Of a DNA stretch of 64,000 nt, positions 9,301 to 18,463 are shown piece by piece. The translations under genes were made by a program, and so were the position numbers. Within the stretch, counting starts at the first letter, position 1, and each line of letters opens with the position of its first letter. Location: assembly GCA_021788645.1 (NCBI GenBank), contig JAJYKK010000001.1, forward strand, positions 71,743-135,742, read 5' to 3'. Source of the stretch: Pseudomonadota bacterium. Its GTDB lineage: Bacteria > Pseudomonadota > Gammaproteobacteria > Burkholderiales > JAKAFK01. The notes beneath the pieces are model-generated. The model ran no database searches, had not been told where the DNA came from, and was given only the letters and a program-made list of their open reading frames with translations.

Positions 9301-9402
9301 CTGGAAAGGGAAGGGGAGGTCGTGCACCTGATCGCCAAGCGTCTCGTGGACTATAGCGCGCTGCTGGGCGCGCTGCCTTGCCCGTCGCGCGATTTTCATT
9401 AG
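6340..9402 (+). CDS. dnaE2: Error-prone DNA polymerase III alpha-like DnaE2 (ImuC)
   Basis: MISPYAELHCLSNFTFLRGASHPEELV is the PHP-domain start typical of DnaE2. 1020 aa. Cassette context. Confidence 0.95.
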   Translation: MISPYAELHCLSNFTFLRGASHPEELVLRAHALGYSALALTDECSLAGVVRAHVAAKQCGLKLVVGAEFMLADGPRVVALVKDREGYGNLSALITKGRRAAPKGEYLLRRADLEGSLQGCALLLIEPDPAQARWFASRAECPVWLALGLFRGADDALKLKRYQGIGRSSGLPLVAAGDVHMHMRARRALRDTLTAIRMGIPVRDAGFSLHANGERHLRRRESLASIYPPELLSETLAIAGSCHFSLDVLRYEYPQELVPPGQTPTSHLRHLTEEGARMRFPEGIPEKVAAQLRHELALIEELGYEPYFLTVHDVVRYARNRGILAQGRGSAANSAVCFCLHMTEVDPSRMEMLFERFVSRERNEPPDIDVDFEHERREEIIQYIYAKYGRERAALAATVVTYRPKSALRDVGRALGFDLAQVDRLARSANGWDDRQILPERLAQAGFDPENLQVRLMLHLADTLIGFPRHLSQHVGGFVIARDDLSRLVPIENAAMPERTVIQWDKNDLDALGLLKVDVLALGMLTAIRKALDLIGDYRGTVLRMADIAAADPAVYAMVQQGDTMGVFQIESRAQMAMLPRTRPRHFYDLVVQVAIVRPGPIQGGMVHPYLRRRQGLEPVTYPNEAVRGVLERTLGVPIFQEQVMKIAMVAAGFTPGEADQLRRSMAAWRRKGGIERFEAKLIEGMRERGYSEAFAQQIVMQIRGFGEYGFPESHAASFALLVYVSAWLKCHEPAAFVCALLNSQPMGFYAPAQLIQDARRHGVAVRPVDACMSAWDCTLEPGAHGPALRLGLRLVKGLSRHGAQRLVAVRRISPFAGIEEVEVRAGLGRRDMALLAASGAFSSLTPHRRVASWIVAGQGPRPALFRNVATREDLPRLALPSEGENLMADYRSLGLTLGRHPLAMLRERMKGRRMLTARQLRELPHGRLARAIGLVIGRQRPDTASGVIFVTLEDETGLINAVVWRDLAERQRRELQGARLLGIYGVLEREGEVVHLIAKRLVDYSALLGALPCPSRDFH

Positions 9403-9610
9403 GCACGCCCCTTCCTTTCGGCACTGCCCGCATGCCGCCCCTCTCCCGCCCTCCCGGCCAGCCGTGCCGGCTCGCCCGATGCATGCGAAATATCTTGCAC
9501 TGTCCACTTGAATGCTTTATTTTGCCCTACTGTGCTGGTGGGCGATGCCGTTGGCAACGGCGTGCCTTCGCCGGAAGGGAAGACAGAAGCAGAAGAAAGC
9601 GGAATGCCGC

Positions 9611-11794
9611 ATGACGCGTAAGGACCTCAGGTCGCTGGTGGTCGCGCTGCTGATCGGTGGGGGGGCGCTTCCTCTCGCAGCCGACGGCGCAGGACTCGGG
9701 CCGTTGACCGTTCAGTCCGCCTTGGGACAACCCCTGCGGGCACAGATCGACATTCTAGCCGACGGCGTTGCGGGCGCGGGATCGCTGTCCGCGACGCTCG
9801 CCTCCCCACAAGCCTACCGGCGCGCCGATACGCCGTGGTCGTCAGCGCTGGCGGACGTCAAGGTCCGCATCAAGAAGCGGCCGGACGGGACGCCCTATCT
9901 GAGCGTCACATCACGGCACGCGATCACGGATCCTTTCCTCTACGTGATGGTCCGGCTGCATTGGCCAAGTGGCGTCCTCACCCGCCGCTACGCCCTGCTC
10001 ATCGATCCGCCCGGATTCACCGAGCCCGCGGACGCTTCCCGAATCGTCTCCCCCCGGCTTCCGGATGCCCAGAGGGCCGCTCCCGTACCGGTCGAACCGG
10101 TGCACAGGGCGCGGTGGCCCAAGGCGTATACGGTCAGGCCGGGGGATACCCTAACGACGATTGCCGCCCGACTGCGGCCGGCAGGCATCAGTGTCGACCA
10201 GATGATCGTCGGGCTGCGCCGCGCCAACCCAGGGCGCTTTGCACGGCAAGGCATCAACTGGCTGGAAGCCGGACGCACCCTGCGCGTCCCGGATCTTGAG
10301 ACCCTGCGTTCGATGCAGGCCACGGCGGCGACGGCCGCCGTGCAACGTTGGCTTGGGGCGGGCCGGCGTCCGACGGGTCCGGGCGTGCCCGCACAGGCTA
10401 CGGCGGGAAATTCCCCTGCGGCGCCGAAGGCCGCCGGCGCGTCGGCCGATCTCCTGACGCTCTCGCAAGCCGAAAGCCCCAAACCGGATCCAACGGCCGT
10501 CATGCAGGAAGAGATTCGCACGCTGCAAGGCGAAGTCGCCGCTGAACAGGCGCTCGTCGCGCAGGAGAGCGCCCGCATTGCCGCCCTCAATGCGAGCATT
10601 GGCGCGATCGAAGGACGCGGGGTGCCGCCGATTGCGCCTGCGCCCGTCACGCAGTCACCGCATGACTTCCAGGCGTCACCGGCGGCCAACCGGGTGGGCG
10701 GGCCCTCGCCGGCGATGCGGCGCGCCCCGGTCCAGGCCCCCGTGGTCGACAGGCCGCCGCGTTCGGTTCCGGCGGTCCCTGAGGCGAGACCGGCTTACTG
10801 GGGAGGAGGCTATTGGAGCCTTCTCGCCGCACTCGTCGCGGTGTTCGGTCTGGTGGCCGCTGTCCTTCGGCGGCGGCGCCGGCTGCAGGAGCCGGCGTTT
10901 TTCACCGAGCCGGCGGCGCCGAGGGGGACGGCCAGCGTGATGGCGAACCCGGCGCCGGCTGCCCGGAGCGAGGAGCGGCTTTCCCCCGTTGAGGCGGCCG
11001 CCCAATTGACCGACCTCGACCTGTCAGAGTGGGCACAGACGAACATCCACGCGCAGGATGTCGACCCCGTGGCGGAGGCGGAGGTCTATCTCGCCTATGG
11101 ACGGCAGGCACAGGCCGAGGAGGTGCTCAAGGATGCCTTGACCAAGTCCCCCGGACGCGAGGATGTGGCCTTGAAGTTGCTGGAAGTCTATGCGGAACAG
11201 AAGAACGTGGGCGCTTTCGAGGCGCTCGCCACCCACTGGGCTGCCCGGCTGGAAGACCCTTCAAGCGAGGCATGGCGCGCGGTAGCCCGGATGGGACGCA
11301 CGCTGGATGGGCGGAATCCCCTATACGGCGTGGCCGAAGGCGACGATGCCACCATGTCGGACCAAGGCCTCGGGGGAGGACAGGCCGCCGAGGCCGCGTT
11401 CTCCCCGCCGATAGCCGGGGCGGATGCGCCTCTTTCTGGTGACGGCCGGTCGCACCAAGTGCATCCGCATCATGCGCAGGATGTCGCATTGGCCGCGGCG
11501 CCCTCGCCGGATCGTGCGGCGGCGACGGGCGTGGAAGCGCTGCATTTCGAGCCCTTGCGCGATGCGCAGGCCGCCAGCGCGCTGCTCGGCGAGGTGCCGC
11601 CCAGCCTGGGAGCCTGTGCGCCCGCCGCCCAACAGCAAACGTTGGAATTGGCCCCCGAACACGATGACGTCGAGTCCGACACCGACCTCATCGAATGGGT
11701 GGATCTTGCCGAATCGCGCCCGGCGAATAGGGATAAAGCAGACCTTGGCGGGGACGATGCCAAGCTCTCGGAAGGCCTTCGCCCCGAAGAGTGA
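9611..11794 (+). CDS. fimV: FimV/HubP-type polar peptidoglycan-binding protein
   Basis: Signal peptide MTRKDLRSLVVALLIGGGALPLAADG. LysM domain YTVRPGDTLTTIAARL...LEAGRTLRVP. Central Pro/Ala-rich region plus a TM span. C-terminal FimV motif DPVAEAEVYLAYGRQAQAEEVLKDAL. Sits upstream of truA, as in many proteobacteria. Confidence 0.85.
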   Translation: MTRKDLRSLVVALLIGGGALPLAADGAGLGPLTVQSALGQPLRAQIDILADGVAGAGSLSATLASPQAYRRADTPWSSALADVKVRIKKRPDGTPYLSVTSRHAITDPFLYVMVRLHWPSGVLTRRYALLIDPPGFTEPADASRIVSPRLPDAQRAAPVPVEPVHRARWPKAYTVRPGDTLTTIAARLRPAGISVDQMIVGLRRANPGRFARQGINWLEAGRTLRVPDLETLRSMQATAATAAVQRWLGAGRRPTGPGVPAQATAGNSPAAPKAAGASADLLTLSQAESPKPDPTAVMQEEIRTLQGEVAAEQALVAQESARIAALNASIGAIEGRGVPPIAPAPVTQSPHDFQASPAANRVGGPSPAMRRAPVQAPVVDRPPRSVPAVPEARPAYWGGGYWSLLAALVAVFGLVAAVLRRRRRLQEPAFFTEPAAPRGTASVMANPAPAARSEERLSPVEAAAQLTDLDLSEWAQTNIHAQDVDPVAEAEVYLAYGRQAQAEEVLKDALTKSPGREDVALKLLEVYAEQKNVGAFEALATHWAARLEDPSSEAWRAVARMGRTLDGRNPLYGVAEGDDATMSDQGLGGGQAAEAAFSPPIAGADAPLSGDGRSHQVHPHHAQDVALAAAPSPDRAAATGVEALHFEPLRDAQAASALLGEVPPSLGACAPAAQQQTLELAPEHDDVESDTDLIEWVDLAESRPANRDKADLGGDDAKLSEGLRPEE

Positions 11795-12201
11795 CGCGAT
11801 GGCACTATGCGGCACGACCGCCTGATGCGACGTGCGGCAAAATCAACCATCGCGGCGTTCCGCTGCCTGATTCGACGTGCCGCCCGCAGTCAGGCGGCCG
11901 CATCTCCCGCAGCCGCCGGGACGGGTGGGCTTCAGCGCCATCTGCCCCGGGGCCCGCGGCGGGACCGGCTTGCGCGGCCTGATGAGGGGCGCGAGGAGGC
12001 TCCTTTCTTTGCGCCCCGTCGAGGTCTCGCCTGTCCCTGCGCACCGTGACGAGGCGCGGGCAAATCGGCCGCAGGCCTCCGGGCCGCGCTTTCGGCCCTC
12101 TTCACGCCATGAGGAGCGCAGGCGCATAGGGGGCCGTGACTCGATTTCCAACCGTCCAGAGGATCTTGCCCGTCATGCGTGGCCCGGTCAATACAGACGG
12201 C

Positions 12202-12813
12202 ATGCGGCTGCATGCCGCGACCAAGATTGTCCTGTGGATCGTGGTGGCCGCACTGGTCGGCCGCTTCCGCGTGGCTGAACTGCTGGGATTGAGCGTCGCA
12301 GTGGCATGGGGGGGGGTGCTGCGTGCAAGACCAGCTTTCATTCGCCTCATTCGCCGCACGCGGATACTGTTCTTGTCCATCCTCCTGATCGACGGGCTGA
12401 CCCTGCCCGGCGTGGCGCTTTATTCCCCGCTCGGGCGGTGGAGCCCGACCGTGCAGGGGTTGGAGGTCGGGGCGATGCAAGTCTGGCGGCTTGCGCTGCT
12501 CCTGGGCGCATTGGCTTGGATGCTGGCGACGGCGGGCAAGGAGGATCTGCTGCGCGGGCTTTACGTGTTGCTCCGGCCGCTCGAATGGGTGGGCGTTCAT
12601 CCCCGGCGGCTCATGGTGCGGATTTGGCTGACGTGGGTGTACGCCGAGGAGCTCGCCCGGTTTCGGGTCAAGGACTGGCGATTGATGAGTCAGGCCTTGC
12701 AGCGGCTGCGGGGTTCGTTGCAGGCTGTCGCATTGGAGCCAGGAAGGATGGGCGGTATGGATGCGGTGGCGCTCACGGCAGCCCTTTGCCTCGGCGGCTG
12801 GTTCCTGCGTTGA
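12202..12813 (+). CDS. Membrane protein resembling EcfT/CbiQ transporter T-components
   Basis: Hydrophobic 203-aa product. The segment LLRGLYVLLRPLEWVGVHPRRLMVRIWLTWVYAEE resembles the EcfT coupling-helix region. Its stop overlaps the truA start (TTGA). Start is ATG 12202 or GTG 12136. Confidence 0.45.
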   Translation: MRLHAATKIVLWIVVAALVGRFRVAELLGLSVAVAWGGVLRARPAFIRLIRRTRILFLSILLIDGLTLPGVALYSPLGRWSPTVQGLEVGAMQVWRLALLLGALAWMLATAGKEDLLRGLYVLLRPLEWVGVHPRRLMVRIWLTWVYAEELARFRVKDWRLMSQALQRLRGSLQAVALEPGRMGGMDAVALTAALCLGGWFLR

Positions 12814-13586
12814 GAATCGCGATCGGGCTGGAGTATGACGGCCGGGCCTTTTGCGGTTGGCAAGCGCAGCCGAACGGGTGCGGGGTGCAGAACGCGCTGG
12901 AGGCGGCGCTCGGGCGCATTGCGGGCCATCCGGTGCGCGTGGTGGCGGCCGGCCGCACGGATGCAGGGGTGCATGCGATCGGGCAGGTCGCTCACTTCGA
13001 TACCGATGCGCAGCGGCCGCTGACGGCTTGGATCCGCGGCGCTAATGCCATGCTGCCGCCAGCGGTCGCGCTAATTTGGGCGCGCGAAGTCCCTTCGACA
13101 TTCCATGCGCGCTTCAGTGCGATCGAACGCTGTTACCAATACCGGTTGCTGAGCCGCCCATCGAGGCCGGGGGTGGAGAATGCGCGCGTGGGATGGTTCC
13201 ATCGCCCGCTGGATCTCGAGGCCATGCGGGAAGCGGCGGGCTTGCTGCTTGGCGTGCATGATTTCAGTGCGTTCCGTGCCGCCGGGTGCCAGGCGAAGTC
13301 GCCGGTCAAGGACCTGCGCCGCCTGGAGATTGCGCGTTGCGGCGACCTGATGCTCTTCGAGTGCTGTGCCGATGCATTCTTGCATCACATGGTGCGCAAT
13401 ATCGTGGGCGCTCTCGTGTACGTCGGCAAGGGACGGCATGCGCCCGGCTGGGTCAAGGACGTGCTGGATGGCGGCAGGCGTTCGGCTGCAGCCCCCACCT
13501 TCGCGCCCGACGGGCTGTACTTCGTGCAGGCGAAATACGACGCCCACTGGGGGATTCCGGACCCCGCGCGGCGCTTGGCCGATTGA
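12810..13586 (+). CDS. truA: tRNA pseudouridine(38-40) synthase
   Basis: RIAIGLEYDGRAFCGWQAQ...AAGRTDAGVHAIGQVAHF...HHMVRNIVG aligns with E. coli TruA. TTG start at 12810. The 426-aa track ORF is an out-of-frame N-terminal extension. Confidence 0.9.
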   Translation: MRIAIGLEYDGRAFCGWQAQPNGCGVQNALEAALGRIAGHPVRVVAAGRTDAGVHAIGQVAHFDTDAQRPLTAWIRGANAMLPPAVALIWAREVPSTFHARFSAIERCYQYRLLSRPSRPGVENARVGWFHRPLDLEAMREAAGLLLGVHDFSAFRAAGCQAKSPVKDLRRLEIARCGDLMLFECCADAFLHHMVRNIVGALVYVGKGRHAPGWVKDVLDGGRRSAAAPTFAPDGLYFVQAKYDAHWGIPDPARRLAD

Positions 13587-14227
13587 ACCGACATAGCCCC
13601 GCGGGTCTTTGCGGCCTCCCGGCGGGGCGCGCCCGATCCGCGTCGTGCAGGCCCTGTTGTCAAGAAAGTGCAATGTGCATGTCATACATTGCTCGCAGTG
13701 CCGCACAGGAAAGCCCGGCGAGGCTTGCATGCGGGCACGAGAAGACGGCCGCCGGCCGTTCTCGTGCGCGGCGTCGCGCGGGCGCCTGGGCGGCGGTGAG
13801 GACGGTGCACCGTCTGGGGGAAGACGCTAACCCGGGCAAGCGCTACGGCCGTCGAGGCGCTGCTTCGCGCGCGTCGGGCCGAGAAGCGCTCATCCAGAAG
13901 CACCAGAGCGCGCTGCAGGCGCACAGGTGGAAGCGGGCCCTGTGCGATGCGGCCGGTGAGCGGAGCCGCGAGAGGCTCAATCACCAGCCGTCAGCAGCGC
14001 CCCAGCGGGGAGCGGCGTTGCGCTTCGCAAACACCCGGCGTCCGCTCGGAGAGCGAAACGAGGTCAACATGGGTCGCCACCAGCAGCGACCCTGTTCGAT
14101 CACCTGTTGAGGAACAGAAAGCCGAGCAATCGCTCGCCACGTGGTCAAGCCGCCATGCCGCGTGGGAAATGCGGGCGACGTGTGTATTTGACGAGACTAC
14201 GGCGCGCTTCGCGCGCCCACAATTTCT

Positions 14228-14250
14228 CCCGCGATTGAAATCGCGGGTTT
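14228..14250 (+). other. Perfect 8-bp stem hairpin (CCCGCGAT-TGAA-ATCGCGGG) plus TTT, 16 bp upstream of the GT4 start
   Basis: Seen directly in the sequence. Could be a terminator of an upstream transcript or a leader structure next to the GGGAG RBS. Confidence 0.35.
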
Positions 14251-14265
14251 CCTTGTGGGAGTTCT

Positions 14266-15483
14266 ATGAACATCCTCATGATTTCGGACGTCTATTTCCC
14301 TCGGGTCAACGGCGTTTCCACGTCCATCCTGACCTTCCGGGACGAGTTGGAGGCCATGGGGCATCGCGTGACCTTGATCGCGCCGGATTACGGGGCGCCG
14401 GCGGTTCGTGTCCCGGTTCGTGAGGACTGGGTGATGCGCATTCCGTCGCGGCGCGTTCCCTTCGATCCGGAAGACCGCCTCATGCGGTGGAACGTCCTCA
14501 TGGGGCTCGAGGGCGAACTGGCGCGTGCGGCGTTCGACCTCGTCCACATCCAGACGCCTTTCGTTGCCCATTATGCAGGGTTGCGCCTGGCGCGTCTCTT
14601 GGGCGTCCCGTGCCTCGAGAGTTACCACACGTTTTTCGAAGAGTACCTGTATTGCTATATACGTTTCGCGCCCAAGCCTTTGATGCGCCTTCTTGCGCGG
14701 ACCTTCTCCCGGAGCCAGTGCAACCGGGTGGACGCTTTGATCTCGCCGTCGCGGGCCATGCGCGACGAGTTGCTGGCCTACGGGGTGCGTACGCCGATTC
14801 ACGTCATCCCCACCGGCATTCGGCGCGAATCGGCGGTGCGCGGAGATGGGGTGCGGTTTCGAGCGCGGCATGGCATCGGCGCCGGGACGCCGGTGATGGT
14901 TTACGTGGGGCGCGTGGCGTTCGAGAAAAACATCGCATTCCTGCTGGAGGTGCTCTCGACCGTCAAGAAGCAGGTACCCGATGCATTGCTGGTCATCGCC
15001 GGCGAGGGGCCGGCTCGGGCGAGCCTGGAGGCGCACGCGCGCGCCCTGGGGCTCGCGCAGGACGTCCGCTTCGTCGGCTACCTCGACCGCCGCGCCGAGC
15101 TGCCTCATTGTTACCGGGCCGGCAATGTGTTCGTCTTCGCCTCGCGCACGGAGACTCAGGGACTGGTGCTCCTCGAGGCCATGGCGCTTGGCGTACCGGT
15201 CGTGTCCTTGGCCGTGATGGGTACGAAGGACGTCCTGCGCGAAGGGGAGGGGGTGCTCATCGCGGAGGACGATGTGACCGATTTTGCGGGCAAGGTGGAG
15301 CGCCTCCTGCGTGATCCCGTCCTGCGGCAATCCATGGGCGAGCGGGCCGTGGCCTACGCGGAAGAATGGTCTGCGGCGTCCATGGCAGGTCAGCTGGCGC
15401 GCTGCTACGGCGCCTTGAGCGCCCCAAAGCGGCGGCGCATCGGTGGAATGTCGGCTGTGCCGGGAGGCGAAGAGCGCGAGTGA
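14266..15483 (+). CDS. Glycosyltransferase, GT4 (group 1) family
   Basis: MNILMISDVYFPRVNGVSTS... N-terminus and the C-terminal FVFASRTETQGLVLLEAMALGVPVV (EX7E region). Confidence 0.85.
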   Translation: MNILMISDVYFPRVNGVSTSILTFRDELEAMGHRVTLIAPDYGAPAVRVPVREDWVMRIPSRRVPFDPEDRLMRWNVLMGLEGELARAAFDLVHIQTPFVAHYAGLRLARLLGVPCLESYHTFFEEYLYCYIRFAPKPLMRLLARTFSRSQCNRVDALISPSRAMRDELLAYGVRTPIHVIPTGIRRESAVRGDGVRFRARHGIGAGTPVMVYVGRVAFEKNIAFLLEVLSTVKKQVPDALLVIAGEGPARASLEAHARALGLAQDVRFVGYLDRRAELPHCYRAGNVFVFASRTETQGLVLLEAMALGVPVVSLAVMGTKDVLREGEGVLIAEDDVTDFAGKVERLLRDPVLRQSMGERAVAYAEEWSAASMAGQLARCYGALSAPKRRRIGGMSAVPGGEERE

Positions 15484-15697
15484 GTCGTCCTGTCCACGCG
15501 GCCCAAGGCCCGGATCAAGGGTGCTTTCGGCCGGCGGCGCGCCAGGGCGTCTACGACCTGAGCCGCGGCCGGCGCCCCTTGCCCGATTAGGATTGCGGAC
15601 GCCCCCGGACGGCGCCTGGTCCGCTTTTGCTTGAGGCGATGGGCATCCCGAGCCGGACTTTGATAGAATAGTCCGCTTGTCGCCGACAGGATCAAGC

Positions 15698-16321
15698 ATG
15701 CCGACGCGTGTCAAAATATGCGGGATCACCCGGCCGGAGGATGGCGCGAGCGCGGCGCGGCTTGGGGCCGATGCCATTGGATTGGTGTTCTATGAGCGGA
15801 GCCCGCGGGCGGTGTCGCGGGCGCAAGCGGCCGAAATCCTTGCGAGCCTGCCGCCGTTTGTCACCGTGGTGGGGCTTTTCGTGAATCCCTCGCAGGCGGA
15901 AGTCGATGTCACGCTGGATTGCGTGCGCCTTGATCTCCTGCAATTCCACGGCGACGAGGAGCCTTCATTCTGCGGGCGCTTCGGCGTCCCCTACCTCAAG
16001 GCGGTCCGTGTTCAGCCAGGCGTTGATTTGTTAGACTATTCGGCGCGCTATCGGGACGCCAAGGGGTTGCTGCTGGACGCTTTTGTGGAGGGCGTGCCGG
16101 GTGGGACAGGACATGCCTTTGACTGGCGGCTCATTCCGCCGGGGCTTCGGCAGGCGGTGGTGCTTTCCGGGGGCTTGAGCGCGCACAATGTCCGCGAGGC
16201 GATTCGGGCCGTGGCCCCGTGGGCGGTCGACGTGAGCAGTGGTGTGGAATCCGCCAAGGGAATCAAGGATCCCGACAAGATGGCTGAATTTATGCAAGGG
16301 GTGCGCGATGCGGAGGTATGA
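15698..16321 (+). CDS. trpF: Phosphoribosylanthranilate isomerase
   Basis: [16 protein letters not shown]...[15 protein letters not shown]; overlaps the trpB start. Confidence 0.9.
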   Translation: MPTRVKICGITRPEDGASAARLGADAIGLVFYERSPRAVSRAQAAEILASLPPFVTVVGLFVNPSQAEVDVTLDCVRLDLLQFHGDEEPSFCGRFGVPYLKAVRVQPGVDLLDYSARYRDAKGLLLDAFVEGVPGGTGHAFDWRLIPPGLRQAVVLSGGLSAHNVREAIRAVAPWAVDVSSGVESAKGIKDPDKMAEFMQGVRDAEV

Positions 16322-17507
16322 TCTGCCTGACGAACGTGGGCATTTCGGCCCTTATGGCGGCCGGTTTGTGGCAGAGACGCTGGTTCAGGCTCTCGACGAC
16401 CTGAGGAAGCAGTATGAACGCTATGCGCAAGACCGCGAGTTTCAGGCGGAGTTGGCCCACGAACTCAAGCATTATGTCGGCCGTCCCAGTCCTATCTACC
16501 ACGCCAAACGCTGGTCGCAGCATCTGGGCGGCGCGCAGATCTATCTGAAGCGCGAGGATCTCAACCACACGGGCGCCCACAAAATCAACAACACCGTCGG
16601 CCAGGCCCTGCTCGCGCGCCGCATGGGCAAGCGGCGCGTGATCGCCGAGACGGGCGCCGGGCAGCATGGTGTGGCGAGCGCGACGGTGGCGGCGCGCTAT
16701 GGGCTGGAATGCGTGGTCTACATGGGCGCTGAGGATATCAAGCGCCAGGCCCCCAATGTCTACCGCATGAAGCTGCTGGGGGCGTCGGTCGTGCCCGTCG
16801 ACAGCGGCTCGAAAACGCTGAAGGACGCGATGAACGAGGCCATGCGCGACTGGGTCACGCATGTCGAGACGACCTTCTACATCATCGGGACCGCCGCCGG
16901 TCCGCATCCCTATCCCATGATGGTGCGGGACTTCCAGGCGGTCATCGGACAAGAGGCGCGCACGCAAATGCTCGAGCTGGCGGGGCGCCAACCGGACGTG
17001 CTGATCGCCTGCGTGGGGGGCGGCTCCAATGCCATCGGCCTGTTTTCTCCGTATCTCGAGGATGAGGCCGTGCGGCTCATCGGGGTCGAGGCGGGCGGCC
17101 TGGGACTGGACTCCGGCAAGCACGCCGCGCCCCTTTCGGCCGGCGTTCCCGGTGTCTTGCACGGCAACCGGACTTACCTCATGCAGGACGACAACGGCCA
17201 GATTCAGGAAACGCATTCGATTTCGGCAGGCCTCGACTACCCGGGCGTGGGACCCGAACATTCCTGGCTCAAGGACAATGGACGCGCAGCGTACGTCGCG
17301 GTCACCGATGCGGAGGCCCTTCAGGCGTTTCATGACCTGTGCCGGCTCGAAGGCATCATTCCGGCGCTCGAATCCAGCCATGCCTTGGCCTATGCAGGAA
17401 AGCTGGCGCCCACCCTGGACAAAGAGCAACTGCTGCTGGTGAACCTGTCGGGCCGGGGCGACAAGGACATCCCCACGGTGGCGGGCCTGTCGGGGCTTGC
17501 GTTATGA
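16308..17507 (+). CDS. trpB: Tryptophan synthase beta chain
   Basis: [15 protein letters not shown]...[16 protein letters not shown]...GGGSNAIG. Confidence 0.95.
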   Translation: MRRYDLPDERGHFGPYGGRFVAETLVQALDDLRKQYERYAQDREFQAELAHELKHYVGRPSPIYHAKRWSQHLGGAQIYLKREDLNHTGAHKINNTVGQALLARRMGKRRVIAETGAGQHGVASATVAARYGLECVVYMGAEDIKRQAPNVYRMKLLGASVVPVDSGSKTLKDAMNEAMRDWVTHVETTFYIIGTAAGPHPYPMMVRDFQAVIGQEARTQMLELAGRQPDVLIACVGGGSNAIGLFSPYLEDEAVRLIGVEAGGLGLDSGKHAAPLSAGVPGVLHGNRTYLMQDDNGQIQETHSISAGLDYPGVGPEHSWLKDNGRAAYVAVTDAEALQAFHDLCRLEGIIPALESSHALAYAGKLAPTLDKEQLLLVNLSGRGDKDIPTVAGLSGLAL

Positions 17508-17553
17508 CCGCGGCTGCCAGCCGCGCCGGGTCCTAGGGAGGGAGCGTAGCCAC

Positions 17554-18369
17554 ATGTCGCGAATTCAACGCGTTTTCGAACAGCTTCGGCACCACGGGCG
17601 GCGCGCGCTCATTCCGTTCGTCACCAGCGGAGACCCGGACCTTTCCACGACCCTGGACCTCATGCACGCGATGGCGCACGCCGGTGCGGACCTGATCGAG
17701 CTGGGCGTGCCCTTCTCCGACCCGATGGCCGATGGCCCCACCATCCAGCGCTCGAGCGAGCGCGCGCTGGCTCAGGGGGTGGGATTGCGGGACGTGCTCG
17801 CGGTCGTGGCCGAGTTTCGGCGCAAGGACGACCAAACGCCGGTGGTGCTGATGGGCTATCTCAATCCGGTCGAACGGATGGGGTACGAGGCCTTCGCCCG
17901 GGCGGCGAGCCAGGCGGGCGTCGACGGCGTGCTCACGGTCGATTGTCCGCCCGAGGAAGCAGGCGCGCTCACCGAGGCGCTGTACGCCCAGGCGATCGAT
18001 CCTATTTTTCTCCTGTCCCCGACCACCCCGGAATCGCGCTTCCCGGAGGTGGCGAGGCTCGCGCGCGGGTTCATCTATTACGTGTCGCTGAAGGGCGTGA
18101 CTGGTGCCGCCACGCTCGATGTCGCCGATGCGCGCGACCGCATTCATGCCATGCGGGGACGGGTGGGGTTGCCGATTGGCGTGGGCTTTGGTATTCGTGA
18201 TGCCCAATCGGCGCAGGCCGTGGCCCGCTTCGCGGACGCGGTGGTGGTGGGCAGCCGGATCGTGCAAGCGATCGAAGAGGCGCCCGCGGGCGAAGCCGTG
18301 GACCGTGTGGCGGCCCTGATACGGGAGATTCGTGCGGCCATCGACAGCTGTGTGGGTCCGCTCGCTTGA
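17554..18369 (+). CDS. trpA: Tryptophan synthase alpha chain
   Basis: [12 protein letters not shown]...[18 protein letters not shown]...[10 protein letters not shown]; RBS GGGAGGGAG. Confidence 0.95.
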   Translation: MSRIQRVFEQLRHHGRRALIPFVTSGDPDLSTTLDLMHAMAHAGADLIELGVPFSDPMADGPTIQRSSERALAQGVGLRDVLAVVAEFRRKDDQTPVVLMGYLNPVERMGYEAFARAASQAGVDGVLTVDCPPEEAGALTEALYAQAIDPIFLLSPTTPESRFPEVARLARGFIYYVSLKGVTGAATLDVADARDRIHAMRGRVGLPIGVGFGIRDAQSAQAVARFADAVVVGSRIVQAIEEAPAGEAVDRVAALIREIRAAIDSCVGPLA

Positions 18370-18463
18370 CCAAGTATGAGCGCAAGCCCCTGGCTTTAGC
18401 CATGGGGAGGTTCAGACGTGCGGGCCTGCGGCATGGCCTGCTTAGGAAGTGACGAGGACGTCC

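Noticed and set aside
12306-13586. Long N-terminal extensions of real genes in the ORF track. Examples: truA as 426 aa, the GGDEF-EAL gene from 45630, iscS from 51105, flhG from 60991, and trpB, trpA, purF and fdx with 20-40 extra codons.
   Set aside because: The family N-termini align with internal start codons that have RBS-like sequences. The extensions overlap upstream genes or are compositionally junk.
13682-13984. A minus-strand 100-aa ORF with ...VRLQRALVLLDERF..., reminiscent of an AraC-family HTH remnant.
   Set aside because: The similarity rests on a few residues. The rest of the ORF is Arg/Ala/Pro-rich with no second helix-turn-helix, so it cannot be supported without a database search.
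14197-15777. Long antisense or out-of-frame ORFs throughout the track. Examples: 14197-15777(-), 16290-17429(-), 29687-31189(+), 31241-32998(+), 33101-34342(+), 35274-36590(-), 46770-48335(-), 53848-56358(-), 57493-59595(-), 59322-60929(-).
   Set aside because: Each lies opposite, or out of frame with, a gene that has clear family signatures. Their products are Arg/Pro/Gly/His-rich with no recognisable motifs. These are the classic shadow ORFs of high-GC DNA, where stop codons are rare.
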